Assembly (NCBI GenBank): GCA_964482425.1
Contig: CAYZXN010000328.1
Span: forward strand, 1 to 61,557
Direction: 5' to 3'
DNA: 61,557 nt
Source: an uncultured Syntrophobacteraceae bacterium
Lineage (GTDB): Bacteria > Desulfobacterota > Binatia > UBA9968
Below are positions 9,769 to 19,515 of the stretch, in pieces (positions within the stretch are counted from its first letter, which is position 1; every line of letters starts with the position of its first letter). The notes under the pieces were generated by a model that made no database searches, was not told the origin of the DNA, and saw only the letters and a program-made list of their open reading frames with translations. The position numbers and the translations under genes are program-made.

Positions 9769-12303
9769 ATGCGCGGTGCAATCGTCGTCAGAGGGGCGCG
9801 GGTTCATAACCTCAAGAACATCGACCTGGCGATCCCACACGAGCAATTCGTCGTTATTACCGGGGTTTCCGGTTCTGGAAAGTCCTCGCTGGCCTTCGAT
9901 ACGCTTTATGCTGAAGGTCAGCGGCGGTACTTGGAATCGCTTTCCGCCGATACGCGCCAACTGCTTCGCCAACTCGACAAACCGGACGTCGATTCCATCG
10001 ACGGACTTTCCCCTGCAATAGCCGTTCAGCAAAGGCCGACAAACTTTGGTCCACGTTCGACGGTCGGCACCGTCAGCGAAATTCATGATTTTATGCGATT
10101 GCTGTTCGCCCGTGTCGGGGAGCCGTCTTGCATCGAATGCGGCGCAAGGATTTCGGTCCACACCACCGAGCAAGTTGTCGATCAGCTGACGTCCCTACCT
10201 GCCGGTATGCGAATAATTATCATGGCGCCGGTGGCAAGCACAGGTAAAAACGATCCCGCTGAAATGCTTCGCGACTTCGCTCGCCAAGGCTTTGCCCGCG
10301 TTAGAATTGACGGTGAGATGCACGATCTCCACCAAGAAGTCCGACTGGAAAAACACCGCACGTTTCAAATGGACCTGATTATCGATCGGCTGACGGTCCG
10401 AACGGGATTGGAAAAGCGACTCGCGGATTCGCTGGAGGTGGCGTTTCGGGTGGGACAGCAAGTTATTAAGGTTGAGGTGCAACCCGATTCGACGCCAACG
10501 CCAATTGCAGAACTTCGCTTCAGTCAAAAATTCGCCTGTGCCGAATGCGGCGGGTCTTTTCCGGAGATCACTCCAAGTCTGTTTTCATTCAACAGTCCGC
10601 AAGGGGCTTGTCCGGTGTGCGCTGGATTGGGAACCCGCCAGAAACCGCCTGGTAAAGCCAGACGCCGCGATGGCACCAGTGGCTTGTTGATTTGCAGTGC
10701 ATGTAAAGGCCAGCGCCTTAGGAGAGAAGCTCTGGCAGTCGCCATCGCGGGTAAGAACATCGCTCAGGTTTCGGCATTGCCCATTGATCAGATGAGGCAC
10801 TTTTTCGAAAATCTGCCGCTTGCCGGTAAAAAGCAAGTGATTGCGGGAAGGGTACTGGCGGACGTTATTGCTCGGCTGCGTTTTCTGTCGCAGTTAGGAC
10901 TTGAGTATCTCACACTTGACCGGCCGTCGCTTTCTCTTTCCGGCGGTGAAGCCCAAAGGGTCCGTATTGCGACTCAAATTGGATCGAGCCTCACCGGTGT
11001 TCTTTACATTCTCGATGAGCCCAGTATCGGATTGCATCAAAAGGACAATGCGCAACTGCTGGAGCTAATGACCAAGCTTCGCGACGCAGGTAATACGGTG
11101 GTGGTCGTCGAGCACGATCCGGAGACTATTTTACGCGCGGATTATGTCGTCGATATGGGTCCTGGCGCTGGACTCCAGGGCGGCCGGGTGGTCGGTCATG
11201 GAAGCCCCGATGAGATCATGACACAGGAGCAATCGCTTACGGGGCAATACTTGTCCGGCCGCAGGAAAATCCCTGTTCCGTCACATCGGCGGCTAGGGAC
11301 AGGAGAGTTTTTGACGCTCAAAGGCGTGCGGCAGAATAATCTGCACGACTTGACGGTTGATATACCGCTTGGAGTGATCACGTGTGTTACCGGAGTCTCG
11401 GGTTCGGGAAAAAGCACCCTTGTCATGGATGTGCTTTATGACGAAATGTCCCGGCGCCTGCGATGCTCGCGCGCCAAGAGGGGTGCGCTCGATGATTTGC
11501 TTGGATGGCAACGTATTGATCGGGTCGTCGGCGTTGACCAAAGTCCGATCGGGCGGACCCCGCGATCGAATCCGGCAACCTACACCGGCCTTTACGATGT
11601 CATCCGTGATCTGTTTGCGCAATTGCCCGACGCCCGGGTCCGAGGCTATGAACCCAGCCGGTTCTCGTTTAACGTCAAGGGAGGACGATGCGAAGCGTGT
11701 GGCGGTGATGGCGTCATGCGCATCGAGATGTACTTTCTTCCTGATGTTTATGCCACCTGTGATGTTTGTAACGGTCGCCGTTATAACCGTGAGACACTTG
11801 AGGTTAAATACAAAGGCCATAGCATCGCCGACGTTTTGGAGTTAACCGTCGTTCAAGCGCTGGAGCTCCTGCGTAACATACCCTCTGTGTCGGATCGGCT
11901 ACATACTTTGGTTAATATCGGGTTGGGCTATCTTCAGCTCGGGCAGCCAGCACGAACGCTCTCGGGTGGCGAGTCCCAACGCCTCAAGCTCGCCAAAGAG
12001 CTGGCTCGGAAATCAACCGGGCGGACTCTCTACATCCTGGACGAGCCCACAGCAGGTCTCCATTTTATCGATGTCGAGCAACTTTTAGATCTGCTCCATC
12101 GTCTAACCGATGCTGGTAATACGCTTGTAGTTATCGAACATAATCTCGACGTCATCAAAAACGCAGATCACGTGCTCGACCTAGGCCCCGGAGCGGGTGT
12201 AAATGGCGGAAGGGTGACGGCACGAGGCACACCTGAAGAGGTGGCCGCTGTGAGCGATTCTCACACCGGCCGGTATTTGCGTAAGGTGATCTCCGGGCAT
12301 TAA
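9769..12303 (+). CDS. uvrA: excinuclease ABC subunit A homologue, short form (844 aa) lacking the insertion domain
   Basis: Two ABC modules (GVSGSGKSS and GVSGSGKST Walker A; LSGGEAQR and LSGGESQR signatures). Zinc-module Cys pairs C121/C124, C257/C260, C281/C284 and C309/C312, plus the C-terminal CEACGGDG...CDVCNG finger. Confidence 0.9.
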   Translation: MRGAIVVRGARVHNLKNIDLAIPHEQFVVITGVSGSGKSSLAFDTLYAEGQRRYLESLSADTRQLLRQLDKPDVDSIDGLSPAIAVQQRPTNFGPRSTVGTVSEIHDFMRLLFARVGEPSCIECGARISVHTTEQVVDQLTSLPAGMRIIIMAPVASTGKNDPAEMLRDFARQGFARVRIDGEMHDLHQEVRLEKHRTFQMDLIIDRLTVRTGLEKRLADSLEVAFRVGQQVIKVEVQPDSTPTPIAELRFSQKFACAECGGSFPEITPSLFSFNSPQGACPVCAGLGTRQKPPGKARRRDGTSGLLICSACKGQRLRREALAVAIAGKNIAQVSALPIDQMRHFFENLPLAGKKQVIAGRVLADVIARLRFLSQLGLEYLTLDRPSLSLSGGEAQRVRIATQIGSSLTGVLYILDEPSIGLHQKDNAQLLELMTKLRDAGNTVVVVEHDPETILRADYVVDMGPGAGLQGGRVVGHGSPDEIMTQEQSLTGQYLSGRRKIPVPSHRRLGTGEFLTLKGVRQNNLHDLTVDIPLGVITCVTGVSGSGKSTLVMDVLYDEMSRRLRCSRAKRGALDDLLGWQRIDRVVGVDQSPIGRTPRSNPATYTGLYDVIRDLFAQLPDARVRGYEPSRFSFNVKGGRCEACGGDGVMRIEMYFLPDVYATCDVCNGRRYNRETLEVKYKGHSIADVLELTVVQALELLRNIPSVSDRLHTLVNIGLGYLQLGQPARTLSGGESQRLKLAKELARKSTGRTLYILDEPTAGLHFIDVEQLLDLLHRLTDAGNTLVVIEHNLDVIKNADHVLDLGPGAGVNGGRVTARGTPEEVAAVSDSHTGRYLRKVISGH

Positions 12304-12365
12304 AAGTCTGTCCGGCTTTAACACTTACCCGATCCGTTCGGTGGAACGTTCTCAGAAAACCGTCA

Positions 12366-12394
12366 TTGACTGCGAATACACTATTCGGTATGTT
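12366..12394 (+). promoter_or_regulatory. candidate sigma70-type promoter of the Fe-S cluster operon (TTGACT-17-TATGTT) with an embedded palindrome
   Basis: TTGACT 12366-12371 and TATGTT 12389-12394. The spacer contains CGAATA-cac-TATTCG (12373-12387). Lies 52 nt upstream of the iscS ATG. Confidence 0.4.
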
Positions 12395-12445
12395 TAAATC
12401 AGACTGGATTGGTCGGATAGCTGAATTCATCCGACAAAAAGGCCT

Positions 12446-13675
12446 ATGAAACTGCCTATTTACATGGATAACCACGCGACGACGCCAGTGGATCCGCGGG
12501 TTTTGGACACAATGCTGCCGTTTTTCACAGAGAAATTCGGCAACGCTTCGAGCCGAAATCATGTATTCGGTTGGGACAGCGAAGCAGCAGTCGACAGTGC
12601 GCGAGAGCAGGTGGCAGCCCTGCTTCACGCTGTGTCGCCGCGGGAGATTATTTTCACCGGTGGTGCTACGGAATCAGATAATCTCGCCATCAAGGGCGTT
12701 GCCGAAGCATACCGCGAGCGCGGTAATCACATTATCACCTGCGCGATTGAGCACAGAGCGGTTCTGGACAGTTGTAAGTCTTTGGAAAAGAAAGGCTATC
12801 AGGTGACTTATCTGCCGGTGACGCGGGAGGGCTTGGTTGATTTAGATCGGCTGCGCGGTGCTATCACTGACCGGACCGTTCTGATCTCAATCATGGCAGC
12901 CAACAATGAAATCGGCACTATCGAACCGGTGCACGAGATCGGCCGAGTGGCCAAAGAGAAGGGCGTTTTGTTTCATACGGATGCCACTCAGGCAGTCGGC
13001 AAGATTCCCGTGAATGTTGAAGAATGGGGCGTTGACCTGCTGTCGCTGACAGCCCACAAGCTGTACGGCCCCAAGGGGGTTGGAGCGCTCTATATCCGCT
13101 CATCCAAGCCGCGGGTGAAGATTACTTCCCTTATTGACGGAGGGGGACAGGAGCGCGGTGTTCGCTCGGGCACGCTCAATGTTCCGGGAATCGTCGGTAT
13201 GGGGAAGGCATGTGAGATCGCGCGAGAAGAAGTGCTGGTTGATGGCGAGCGATTGACGGCACTAACCGAGCGTCTGAAGTCCGGAATCATGAGCCAACTC
13301 GACCAAGTCAGCGTGAATGGCCATTCGTCGCAACGCCTACCGGGGAACATGCATCTGAGCTTCGCTTTCATAGAAGGGGAGTCATTGTTAATGGGCCTAA
13401 AGGATATCGCTGTGTCGACCGGCTCAGCCTGCACCTCTGCCAGCCTTGAGCCTTCGCACGTTCTGAAGGCGATTGGCTTGGAGGAACATTTGGCCCACGC
13501 TTCGATACGTTTTGGATTGGGACGGTTTAACACCCAAGAGGAAGTGGACTATACCGTGCGCCGAGTAGTCGAAGAGGTGCGCCGGTTACGTGAGTTGTCG
13601 CCGCTTTATCGGGCTAGAAGGGCCAACGTCCAGAGGCCGCGAGCAAAGAGTAAACTACAGGAGACTGTCTCCTGA
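12446..13675 (+). CDS. iscS: class I cysteine desulfurase, IscS-like
   Basis: PLP-Lys motif [14 protein letters not shown], active-site loop [17 protein letters not shown] and an IscS-type C-terminus LRELSPLY. Confidence 0.9.
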   Translation: MKLPIYMDNHATTPVDPRVLDTMLPFFTEKFGNASSRNHVFGWDSEAAVDSAREQVAALLHAVSPREIIFTGGATESDNLAIKGVAEAYRERGNHIITCAIEHRAVLDSCKSLEKKGYQVTYLPVTREGLVDLDRLRGAITDRTVLISIMAANNEIGTIEPVHEIGRVAKEKGVLFHTDATQAVGKIPVNVEEWGVDLLSLTAHKLYGPKGVGALYIRSSKPRVKITSLIDGGGQERGVRSGTLNVPGIVGMGKACEIAREEVLVDGERLTALTERLKSGIMSQLDQVSVNGHSSQRLPGNMHLSFAFIEGESLLMGLKDIAVSTGSACTSASLEPSHVLKAIGLEEHLAHASIRFGLGRFNTQEEVDYTVRRVVEEVRRLRELSPLYRARRANVQRPRAKSKLQETVS

Positions 13676-13701
13676 TCGTATCGCTGGACGGGAGAACGAA
13701 T

Positions 13702-14031
13702 ATGGCTACGGGAATCAACGTTACAGAGCGTGCAGCAGCACGCATCAGAGAGCTGGTCACTGCGGAGAACCGCCAGGGGCAGGGTCTAAGAGTCAAAGTA
13801 GTCGGTGGCGGCTGCTCAGGGCTGCAATACAAGGTAGATTTTGATGTTCCCAAAGGCAGCGATAAAGTCTTTGAAAAGGATGGAGCCACGGTTCTGGTCG
13901 ATATGAAGAGCTTGCTTTATCTGACGGGTACAGAGCTTGATTACAAAAATGAACTCATGCAGTCAGGTTTCGTTTTTCAGAATCCGAATGTCAAAAAAGC
14001 CTGCGGCTGCGGAGCTTCTTTCACAGTCTAG
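13702..14031 (+). CDS. A-type Fe-S cluster carrier (IscA/ErpA/SufA, HesB family)
   Basis: 109 aa. Contains GGGCSGLQY and the C-terminal CGCGASF cluster-ligand motif. Confidence 0.9.
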   Translation: MATGINVTERAAARIRELVTAENRQGQGLRVKVVGGGCSGLQYKVDFDVPKGSDKVFEKDGATVLVDMKSLLYLTGTELDYKNELMQSGFVFQNPNVKKACGCGASFTV

Positions 14032-14072
14032 GACGCGCGCGGCTTGCAGCGAGCGTTACAGAAAGTGGGATC

Positions 14073-15533
14073 ATGAAAACGGGTAATAATGCGGTAGAAG
14101 ATCTAACCCGACGCGAGTACAAGTACGGTTTTATCACGGACATCGAAGCCGATACCGTGCCGCCTGGTCTGAACGAGGATGTCATACGGGTCATTTCGGC
14201 AAAGAAGAACGAGCCGGAATTCATGTTGGAATGGCGGCTCAAGGCGTACCGCCATTGGGCAAAGCTAGAAAAGAATCAGGCCGAGCCCAAATGGGCCATG
14301 GTGCATTATCCGGCCATAGATTACCAGGCAATCAGTTATTATTCAGCGCCCCGGAACAAAGGAGAAGGTCCGAAAAGTTTGGAAGAGGTGGACCCCGAGC
14401 TCCTAGAAACCTACGACAAACTCGGGATTCCTTTACGAGAGCAGGAGCGGCTGGCAGGAGTTGCTGTCGACGCCGTGTTTGACAGCGTGTCGGTGGCGAC
14501 GACTTTCAAAGGCAAGCTGGCCGAACTTGGCGTAATCTTTTGTTCGTTCTCAGAGGCGTTGCAAAACCATCCAGAGCTGGTTCAGAAATACCTCGGTTCG
14601 GTTGTACCTTATACTGACAATTTTTTTGCGTCGCTGAACTCTGCCGTGTTCAGCGACGGTTCATTTTGTTACATCCCCAAAGGTGTCCGCTGTCCAATGG
14701 AGTTATCGACGTATTTTCGGATCAATGCCGCGGAAACGGGGCAGTTCGAGCGTACCCTGATAGTGGCAGAGGAGGGGAGCTCAGTCAGCTATCTAGAAGG
14801 ATGCACGGCGCCCATGCGCGACAAGAATCAACTGCATGCAGCAGTTGTGGAGCTGATCGCTCATGACGACGCACAGATCAAGTACTCGACAGTGCAAAAT
14901 TGGTATCCCGGAGATGCCGAAGGTCGCGGTGGCATTTACAACTTCGTCACCAAGCGCGGCAAATGCGCAGGCAAGCGCGCGAAGATTTCGTGGACCCAGG
15001 TGGAGACAGGCTCTGCGATAACTTGGAAATACCCGAGCTGTTTGCTACAGGGCGATGACTCGGTGGGTGAATTCTATTCGGTGGCACTGACCAACAATTA
15101 CCAGCAAGCCGATACCGGCACCAAGATGATCCACATCGGCAAAAATACCAAGAGCACGATTATCTCCAAAGGCATTTCGGCGGGACACGGGCAGAATACA
15201 TACCGTGGGTTGGTAAAGATCATGAAAGGGGCGTCGGGCGCGCGGAACTATTCCCAGTGCGACTCTTTGCTACTGGGGGACAAATGCGGCGCTCATACTT
15301 TTCCGTATCTGGAGGTATTCAACAGCAGCGCGCAGGTCGAGCATGAAGCGTCGACGTCAAAGATCGGCGAAGATCAGCTATTTTACTGCCGGCAGCGGGG
15401 TATTTCGACGGAAGACGCTGTGAACTTGATCGTCAGTGGCTTTTGCAAGCAGGTTTTTCGTGAGTTGCCCATGGAGTTTGCTGTAGAGGCACAAAAGCTC
15501 TTGGGAGTAAGTTTGGAAGGTAGTGTCGGCTAG
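14073..15533 (+). CDS. sufB: Fe-S cluster assembly scaffold protein SufB
   Basis: 486 aa. Contains the characteristic SufB stretches [30 protein letters not shown] and [22 protein letters not shown]. Confidence 0.93.
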   Translation: MKTGNNAVEDLTRREYKYGFITDIEADTVPPGLNEDVIRVISAKKNEPEFMLEWRLKAYRHWAKLEKNQAEPKWAMVHYPAIDYQAISYYSAPRNKGEGPKSLEEVDPELLETYDKLGIPLREQERLAGVAVDAVFDSVSVATTFKGKLAELGVIFCSFSEALQNHPELVQKYLGSVVPYTDNFFASLNSAVFSDGSFCYIPKGVRCPMELSTYFRINAAETGQFERTLIVAEEGSSVSYLEGCTAPMRDKNQLHAAVVELIAHDDAQIKYSTVQNWYPGDAEGRGGIYNFVTKRGKCAGKRAKISWTQVETGSAITWKYPSCLLQGDDSVGEFYSVALTNNYQQADTGTKMIHIGKNTKSTIISKGISAGHGQNTYRGLVKIMKGASGARNYSQCDSLLLGDKCGAHTFPYLEVFNSSAQVEHEASTSKIGEDQLFYCRQRGISTEDAVNLIVSGFCKQVFRELPMEFAVEAQKLLGVSLEGSVG

Positions 15534-15555
15534 CTAATCGTTTGGGAAAAGTACG

Positions 15556-16782
15556 ATGGGATCTGAGATCTACTTCGACAATAACGCAACCACACAGGTG
15601 CTGCCACAGGTATTCGAGGAGATGGCGCCGTTTTATACCGAGTTCTACGGCAATCCCTCGAGCATTCATGGCTTCGGCAGCCGGGTAGGGGAGCGGATCA
15701 GCCGGGCCAGGGCCCAGGTGGCGGCGCTAATTGGCGCGGCCGATCCGATAGAGATTATCTTTACCAGCTGCGGCACCGAAGGCGACAATGCAGCTATTCG
15801 CGGACTGCTGGATGCACAGCCGGATAAACGTCATATCGTAACCACCAAGGTTGAACATCCTGCAGTTTTGGGCCTTTGTCAGCATCTTGAAAAAAGAGGC
15901 TATCGCGTAACCTGGCTCGGCGTAGATCAAGACGGGATACTGGATTTGGACGAGCTACGTGCTGCGATTACTAGCGAAACGGCGCTGGTCTCGGTGATGG
16001 CCGCTAATAACGAGACAGGGGTCATTTTCCCAATCGAGCAAATCGGCGAAATCGTCAAATCAAAGGGGGTTCCCTTTCACGTGGACGCTGTCCAGGCGGC
16101 CGGGAAGATCCCTATTGTGGCGAAGGATAGTGTCGTCGATCTCTTAACTATTTCGGCCCACAAATTTCACGGACCGAAGGGTGTCGGCGCTCTGTACGTC
16201 CGGCGCGGTATAACTTTCTCGCCGTTTATAATTGGCGGTCATCAAGAGCGCAATCGCCGCGCCGGTACGGAGAATGTGGCTGGTATCATTGGCATGGGTA
16301 AAGCGGCCGAACTGGCGTTGGAATGTCTAAACGAGGTTTCGGCTCGGGTTTGTGCCTTGCGCGATCGGTTGCAAGATTCTCTGTTACTGTCCTGTGCCGG
16401 TGCCCGTGTTAATGGTGGCAAGGTCAAACGTTTGCCGAACACGTTAAACATCAGTTTCAGGTATCTTGAAGGTGAGGCCATTTTAATTTTATTGGATCAG
16501 CATGGCATCTGCGCCTCTACGGGCTCGGCTTGCACCTCGGGCTCATCTGAACCATCCCATGTTCTGCGTGCGATGGGTGTTTCAAAGGACTGGATCCAAG
16601 GGTCCGTTCGATTTAGCTTAAGCCGGCTTAATACTGAAGATGAGGTACGCCGTGTGAACGAAAAGATGCCTTCCATCGTCAAAAGATTGGAAGGGCTGTC
16701 CGCATTGGGCAAGATGGGCGTCCAGCACCGGAATCAGGCGTCAGGTCAGACAATCTCCAGTGATACCGGAGCAAGGGGGTAG
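15556..16782 (+). CDS. class I cysteine desulfurase, NifS-like (second copy)
   Basis: PLP-Lys motif TISAHKFHGPKGVG and active-site loop [17 protein letters not shown]. The C-terminus differs from the IscS type. Confidence 0.9.
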   Translation: MGSEIYFDNNATTQVLPQVFEEMAPFYTEFYGNPSSIHGFGSRVGERISRARAQVAALIGAADPIEIIFTSCGTEGDNAAIRGLLDAQPDKRHIVTTKVEHPAVLGLCQHLEKRGYRVTWLGVDQDGILDLDELRAAITSETALVSVMAANNETGVIFPIEQIGEIVKSKGVPFHVDAVQAAGKIPIVAKDSVVDLLTISAHKFHGPKGVGALYVRRGITFSPFIIGGHQERNRRAGTENVAGIIGMGKAAELALECLNEVSARVCALRDRLQDSLLLSCAGARVNGGKVKRLPNTLNISFRYLEGEAILILLDQHGICASTGSACTSGSSEPSHVLRAMGVSKDWIQGSVRFSLSRLNTEDEVRRVNEKMPSIVKRLEGLSALGKMGVQHRNQASGQTISSDTGARG

Positions 16783-16786
16783 GGCC

Positions 16787-17245
16787 ATGAGCCTGATGCA
16801 GATTTCGCGCAGGGTTGATTACGGATTGCGGGCAGTTATTTATCTGTCCCGGCAGGATCCGGAACGATGCTGTTCCATCACGGAAATTTCCAAGGAGCAA
16901 AACGTTCCAAAGAAGTTTTTGGAGAAAATCATTCAAGATCTAATGCGGCGTGGGTTGATCAAGTCCAAGCGCGGTTCGTGCGGCGGCTACATGCTGGCCC
17001 GAGTGCCCGACAAAATATCGTTCTACGAGGTCATTGAGGCGCTCGACGGCCCTATTGCAGTAAACGCTTGCATGAATGACGAGATCAGCTGTGATCAACT
17101 CACCCGTTGCACTATGGTGGGCGTTTGGATCGAAATTCAGCAGAAGGTCACGGAGGTTTTTACCCGAACGACATTGGCCGATCTACAACGCACTCGATGT
17201 CGGGATCTTACGACGAGCCCCTCTTCCCTTTCGAGTGCGGCATGA
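16787..17245 (+). CDS. Rrf2-family transcriptional regulator with three-Cys cluster-binding motif (IscR/NsrR-like)
   Basis: N-terminal wHTH (MSLMQISRRVDYGLRAVIYLS...ITEISKEQNVPKKFLEKI), GGYMLA, and C-x6-C-x5-C (ACMNDEISCDQLTRC). Start at ATG 16787 inside track ORF 16760..17245. Confidence 0.85.
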   Translation: MSLMQISRRVDYGLRAVIYLSRQDPERCCSITEISKEQNVPKKFLEKIIQDLMRRGLIKSKRGSCGGYMLARVPDKISFYEVIEALDGPIAVNACMNDEISCDQLTRCTMVGVWIEIQQKVTEVFTRTTLADLQRTRCRDLTTSPSSLSSAA

Positions 17246-17297
17246 TGAAAAACCTTCGATATGAAGGCAGGCCGTACCCTATAGGGAGGTGGTTGTT

Positions 17298-17756
17298 ATG
17301 AGTTACGATACAGGCCTTAGCATGGAAGAAAGGGTTACTTCGCTTTTTCAACCGGATACCCTTATGCCGGATCAATATCTGGAGACTTTCCGGCGAAAGC
17401 TCCATCTTGAGCCGGAGAAAAAGCTTTTACTTGCGGTGCTTGAAGATGCAATCGCGTGCTTCCAAAAGTACGTATTTGCGCATGACGGCAAGGGGAGGGT
17501 TCTCTTTCAGGAGGCGGAAGAGTGGATTATGGAAGAGGATACCGATTGGCTTTTCTCTTTTCCCAATGTGTGCGAAATGCTCGGATTTGAGCCCAGTTAT
17601 CTGCGCGATGGGCTGATGCGCTGGAAATTACAAAAGCTCGAAAGTCATTCAAAGGCGAGAATCTACCAATTGACAGCGAGAACCAATCAGCGGGTTGGCA
17701 CGGCTTCAGTATCGCGCCGATCGAGGCAGCGGGCGCGCAAGGCGGCTAGCCGGTAA
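17298..17756 (+). CDS. hypothetical protein (152 aa) with Arg/Ser-rich C-terminal tail
   Basis: GGGAGG lies 8-9 nt upstream of ATG 17298, and a clear intrinsic terminator follows the gene. I recognise no domain. Confidence 0.6.
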   Translation: MSYDTGLSMEERVTSLFQPDTLMPDQYLETFRRKLHLEPEKKLLLAVLEDAIACFQKYVFAHDGKGRVLFQEAEEWIMEEDTDWLFSFPNVCEMLGFEPSYLRDGLMRWKLQKLESHSKARIYQLTARTNQRVGTASVSRRSRQRARKAASR

Positions 17757-17779
17757 CAGCAGCGACAGTACCCAAGTAT

Positions 17780-17816
17780 AAAGGCGGCGACTGCCATGCA
17801 TTCGCCGCCTTTATTT
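17780..17816 (+). terminator. Rho-independent terminator
   Basis: AAAGGCGGCGA-ctgccatgcat-TCGCCGCCTTT followed by ATTT. An 11-bp GC-rich stem, 24 nt after the stop of the hypothetical gene. Confidence 0.75.
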
Positions 17817-17868
17817 GTATGGGCCGCTTCGCTTGCAAAGCTGGCAAATCGCATTCATATAGTGAGCC

Positions 17869-18879
17869 GTGACACCACGAAGAAAAAGAAACCATCGATC
17901 CACCTCGGGCGAACTACTCTACCGTGTAAGATACGGACTCGCCGGATACGCTTTGCGCAGTTTCGTTGCGGCTATGGGTTACGTACCCCACCGTTTCTCC
18001 GTTCCGATTTGCACATTCTGGGCGACCGTCACACATCGAGCGCTATGGCGATATCGAATCAGGATGGAGGAAAATATCGCACTTGCGGCCGGTACCCGGT
18101 TTGTCACTCGAGCCGAGCGCAAGGATTTGGTATGGCGCGCATGGAAAAACTTCGCGCGCGGCGTGCTCGAAACCGCCGCCGCCGTGCATTATCCTAAGGA
18201 AAAAATTACCCGAATGGTGCGTCTGGAAGGCGAAGAGCATTTGCAGCAGGCGCTGCGCGGCGGAAAGGGCGTGCTGGCCTTGAGCGCCCATTTGGGAAAT
18301 TTTACGCTCATTGGCGCACGCCTGGCGGCGGCGGGATATCCGTTTAGCGTCGTTGTGAAACATCCCGGAGATAAGCGCTTTGCGCAGCTGATTACCAGGT
18401 TTCGTGCGAAAATGGGAATCGAGACAATTCCGGCTAAACCACGGCGGGAAGCTGTGCGCTGCATTCTCAAAGCGCTGCGGGCGAACCGGGTTGTTTTGGT
18501 GATTGCCGATGAGTTCAAATCAGGGGATGTCTTAGTCGAATTCATGGGACAAAAACTACCTGCGCCGCGGGGACCGGCGACTCTCGCCCTACGCACGGGC
18601 GCCGTGACGTTGCCTATGTTCGCGCTGCGGTCCCCGGATGACACTTTAGTTCTTGCCATCGGACCGGCGATTGATCCGGTTCGCAGAGACGATCTAGAAG
18701 CGAGTATCAGAGCGACGACAGGGCTCTACACGCGCTATTTGGAAGAGGTTATTCTTCGCCATCCCGATCAGTGGAATTGGCTCGGCTTTCCGCGCCGGGA
18801 TAGGATACCGCACGCTGCAACGCCGAGGCGGGCGGTGGCGCCGCGCCGAACGAGAACCGATCAGCAGCGGTCGGCCTAA
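17869..18879 (+). CDS. lysophospholipid/lipid A-type acyltransferase (LpxL/HtrB, PF03279-like)
   Basis: Family-like layout with an N-terminal hydrophobic segment, motifs GKGVLALSAHLGNF and NRVVLVIADE, and a PRGPATLALRTGAVTLP block. The start codon is uncertain. Confidence 0.7.
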   Translation: MTPRRKRNHRSTSGELLYRVRYGLAGYALRSFVAAMGYVPHRFSVPICTFWATVTHRALWRYRIRMEENIALAAGTRFVTRAERKDLVWRAWKNFARGVLETAAAVHYPKEKITRMVRLEGEEHLQQALRGGKGVLALSAHLGNFTLIGARLAAAGYPFSVVVKHPGDKRFAQLITRFRAKMGIETIPAKPRREAVRCILKALRANRVVLVIADEFKSGDVLVEFMGQKLPAPRGPATLALRTGAVTLPMFALRSPDDTLVLAIGPAIDPVRRDDLEASIRATTGLYTRYLEEVILRHPDQWNWLGFPRRDRIPHAATPRRAVAPRRTRTDQQRSA

Positions 18880-18915
18880 ATGGCAGCCCTGAGTGTCCCC
18901 GGCCGAAAACCTGCA

Positions 18916-19515
18916 CTAGACCTTCGAGTCGAATCCCGGGCTTAATATGCCTCGTCGCTCGGTTCGTTCAACATAGCGCATAAACCTGTACTTGTTTTCC
19001 AGCTCATCAATTTGGAGAGGTGGGAGATCTTTCGGCTGTCCTGGCTCTACCTTGACGGCGATCAGGGTAAGCTGGTTGCGCCGGCAGGCGGTCAGAAATT
19101 CTCCCCTGAAATCCTCGACTGTGCTTACCCAACAGGCGTTCGGATAACCCGCACCCTTCGCTAGCGATACTGCATCCGCAAGGTTGGAAGCGGTTGCGGT
19201 GCCGCCGGACGCCTCATAAACTTCGTTGTCAAAGAGCAGGTGTATGAGATTGGGCGGCTTTTGTAAGGCGATCGTCGGTAGCCCACATAGGTTCATTAGA
19301 AATGCTCCGTCGCCATCGATGGCGATAACCTTCCGATGTGGCAGCGCGAAGGCAAGACCCGCGGCGATGGAAGAGACCAGTCCCAAGGTGCGTGTCTTAA
19401 GATTACCCTCGCTGGGCCGCAAGGCCCACCATTCGCGCGCCCCCCAACCGGTGCAGACGGCAAGGGCATCTTCAGAATCGTCGGCGATAGCCTTCAGGTA
19501 TTCATAGCGTTGCAT
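18916..19515 (-). CDS. TPP-dependent decarboxylase, beta subunit (sulfopyruvate/phosphonopyruvate decarboxylase ComE-like)
   Basis: 199 aa. TPP-binding motif IDGDGAFLMN...LLFDNEVYEASGG. Its start abuts the stop of the alpha subunit gene. Confidence 0.7.
   Translation of the reverse strand: MQRYEYLKAIADDSEDALAVCTGWGAREWWALRPSEGNLKTRTLGLVSSIAAGLAFALPHRKVIAIDGDGAFLMNLCGLPTIALQKPPNLIHLLFDNEVYEASGGTATASNLADAVSLAKGAGYPNACWVSTVEDFRGEFLTACRRNQLTLIAVKVEPGQPKDLPPLQIDELENKYRFMRYVERTERRGILSPGFDSKV

Noticed and set aside
18289-18306. In the LpxL-family acyltransferase, the H-x4-(D/E) position reads HLGNFT, with Thr where many family members have an acidic residue.
   Set aside because: I cannot align reliably by eye. 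In this superfamily the acidic partner can come from elsewhere in the fold, so there is not enough to claim inactivity.
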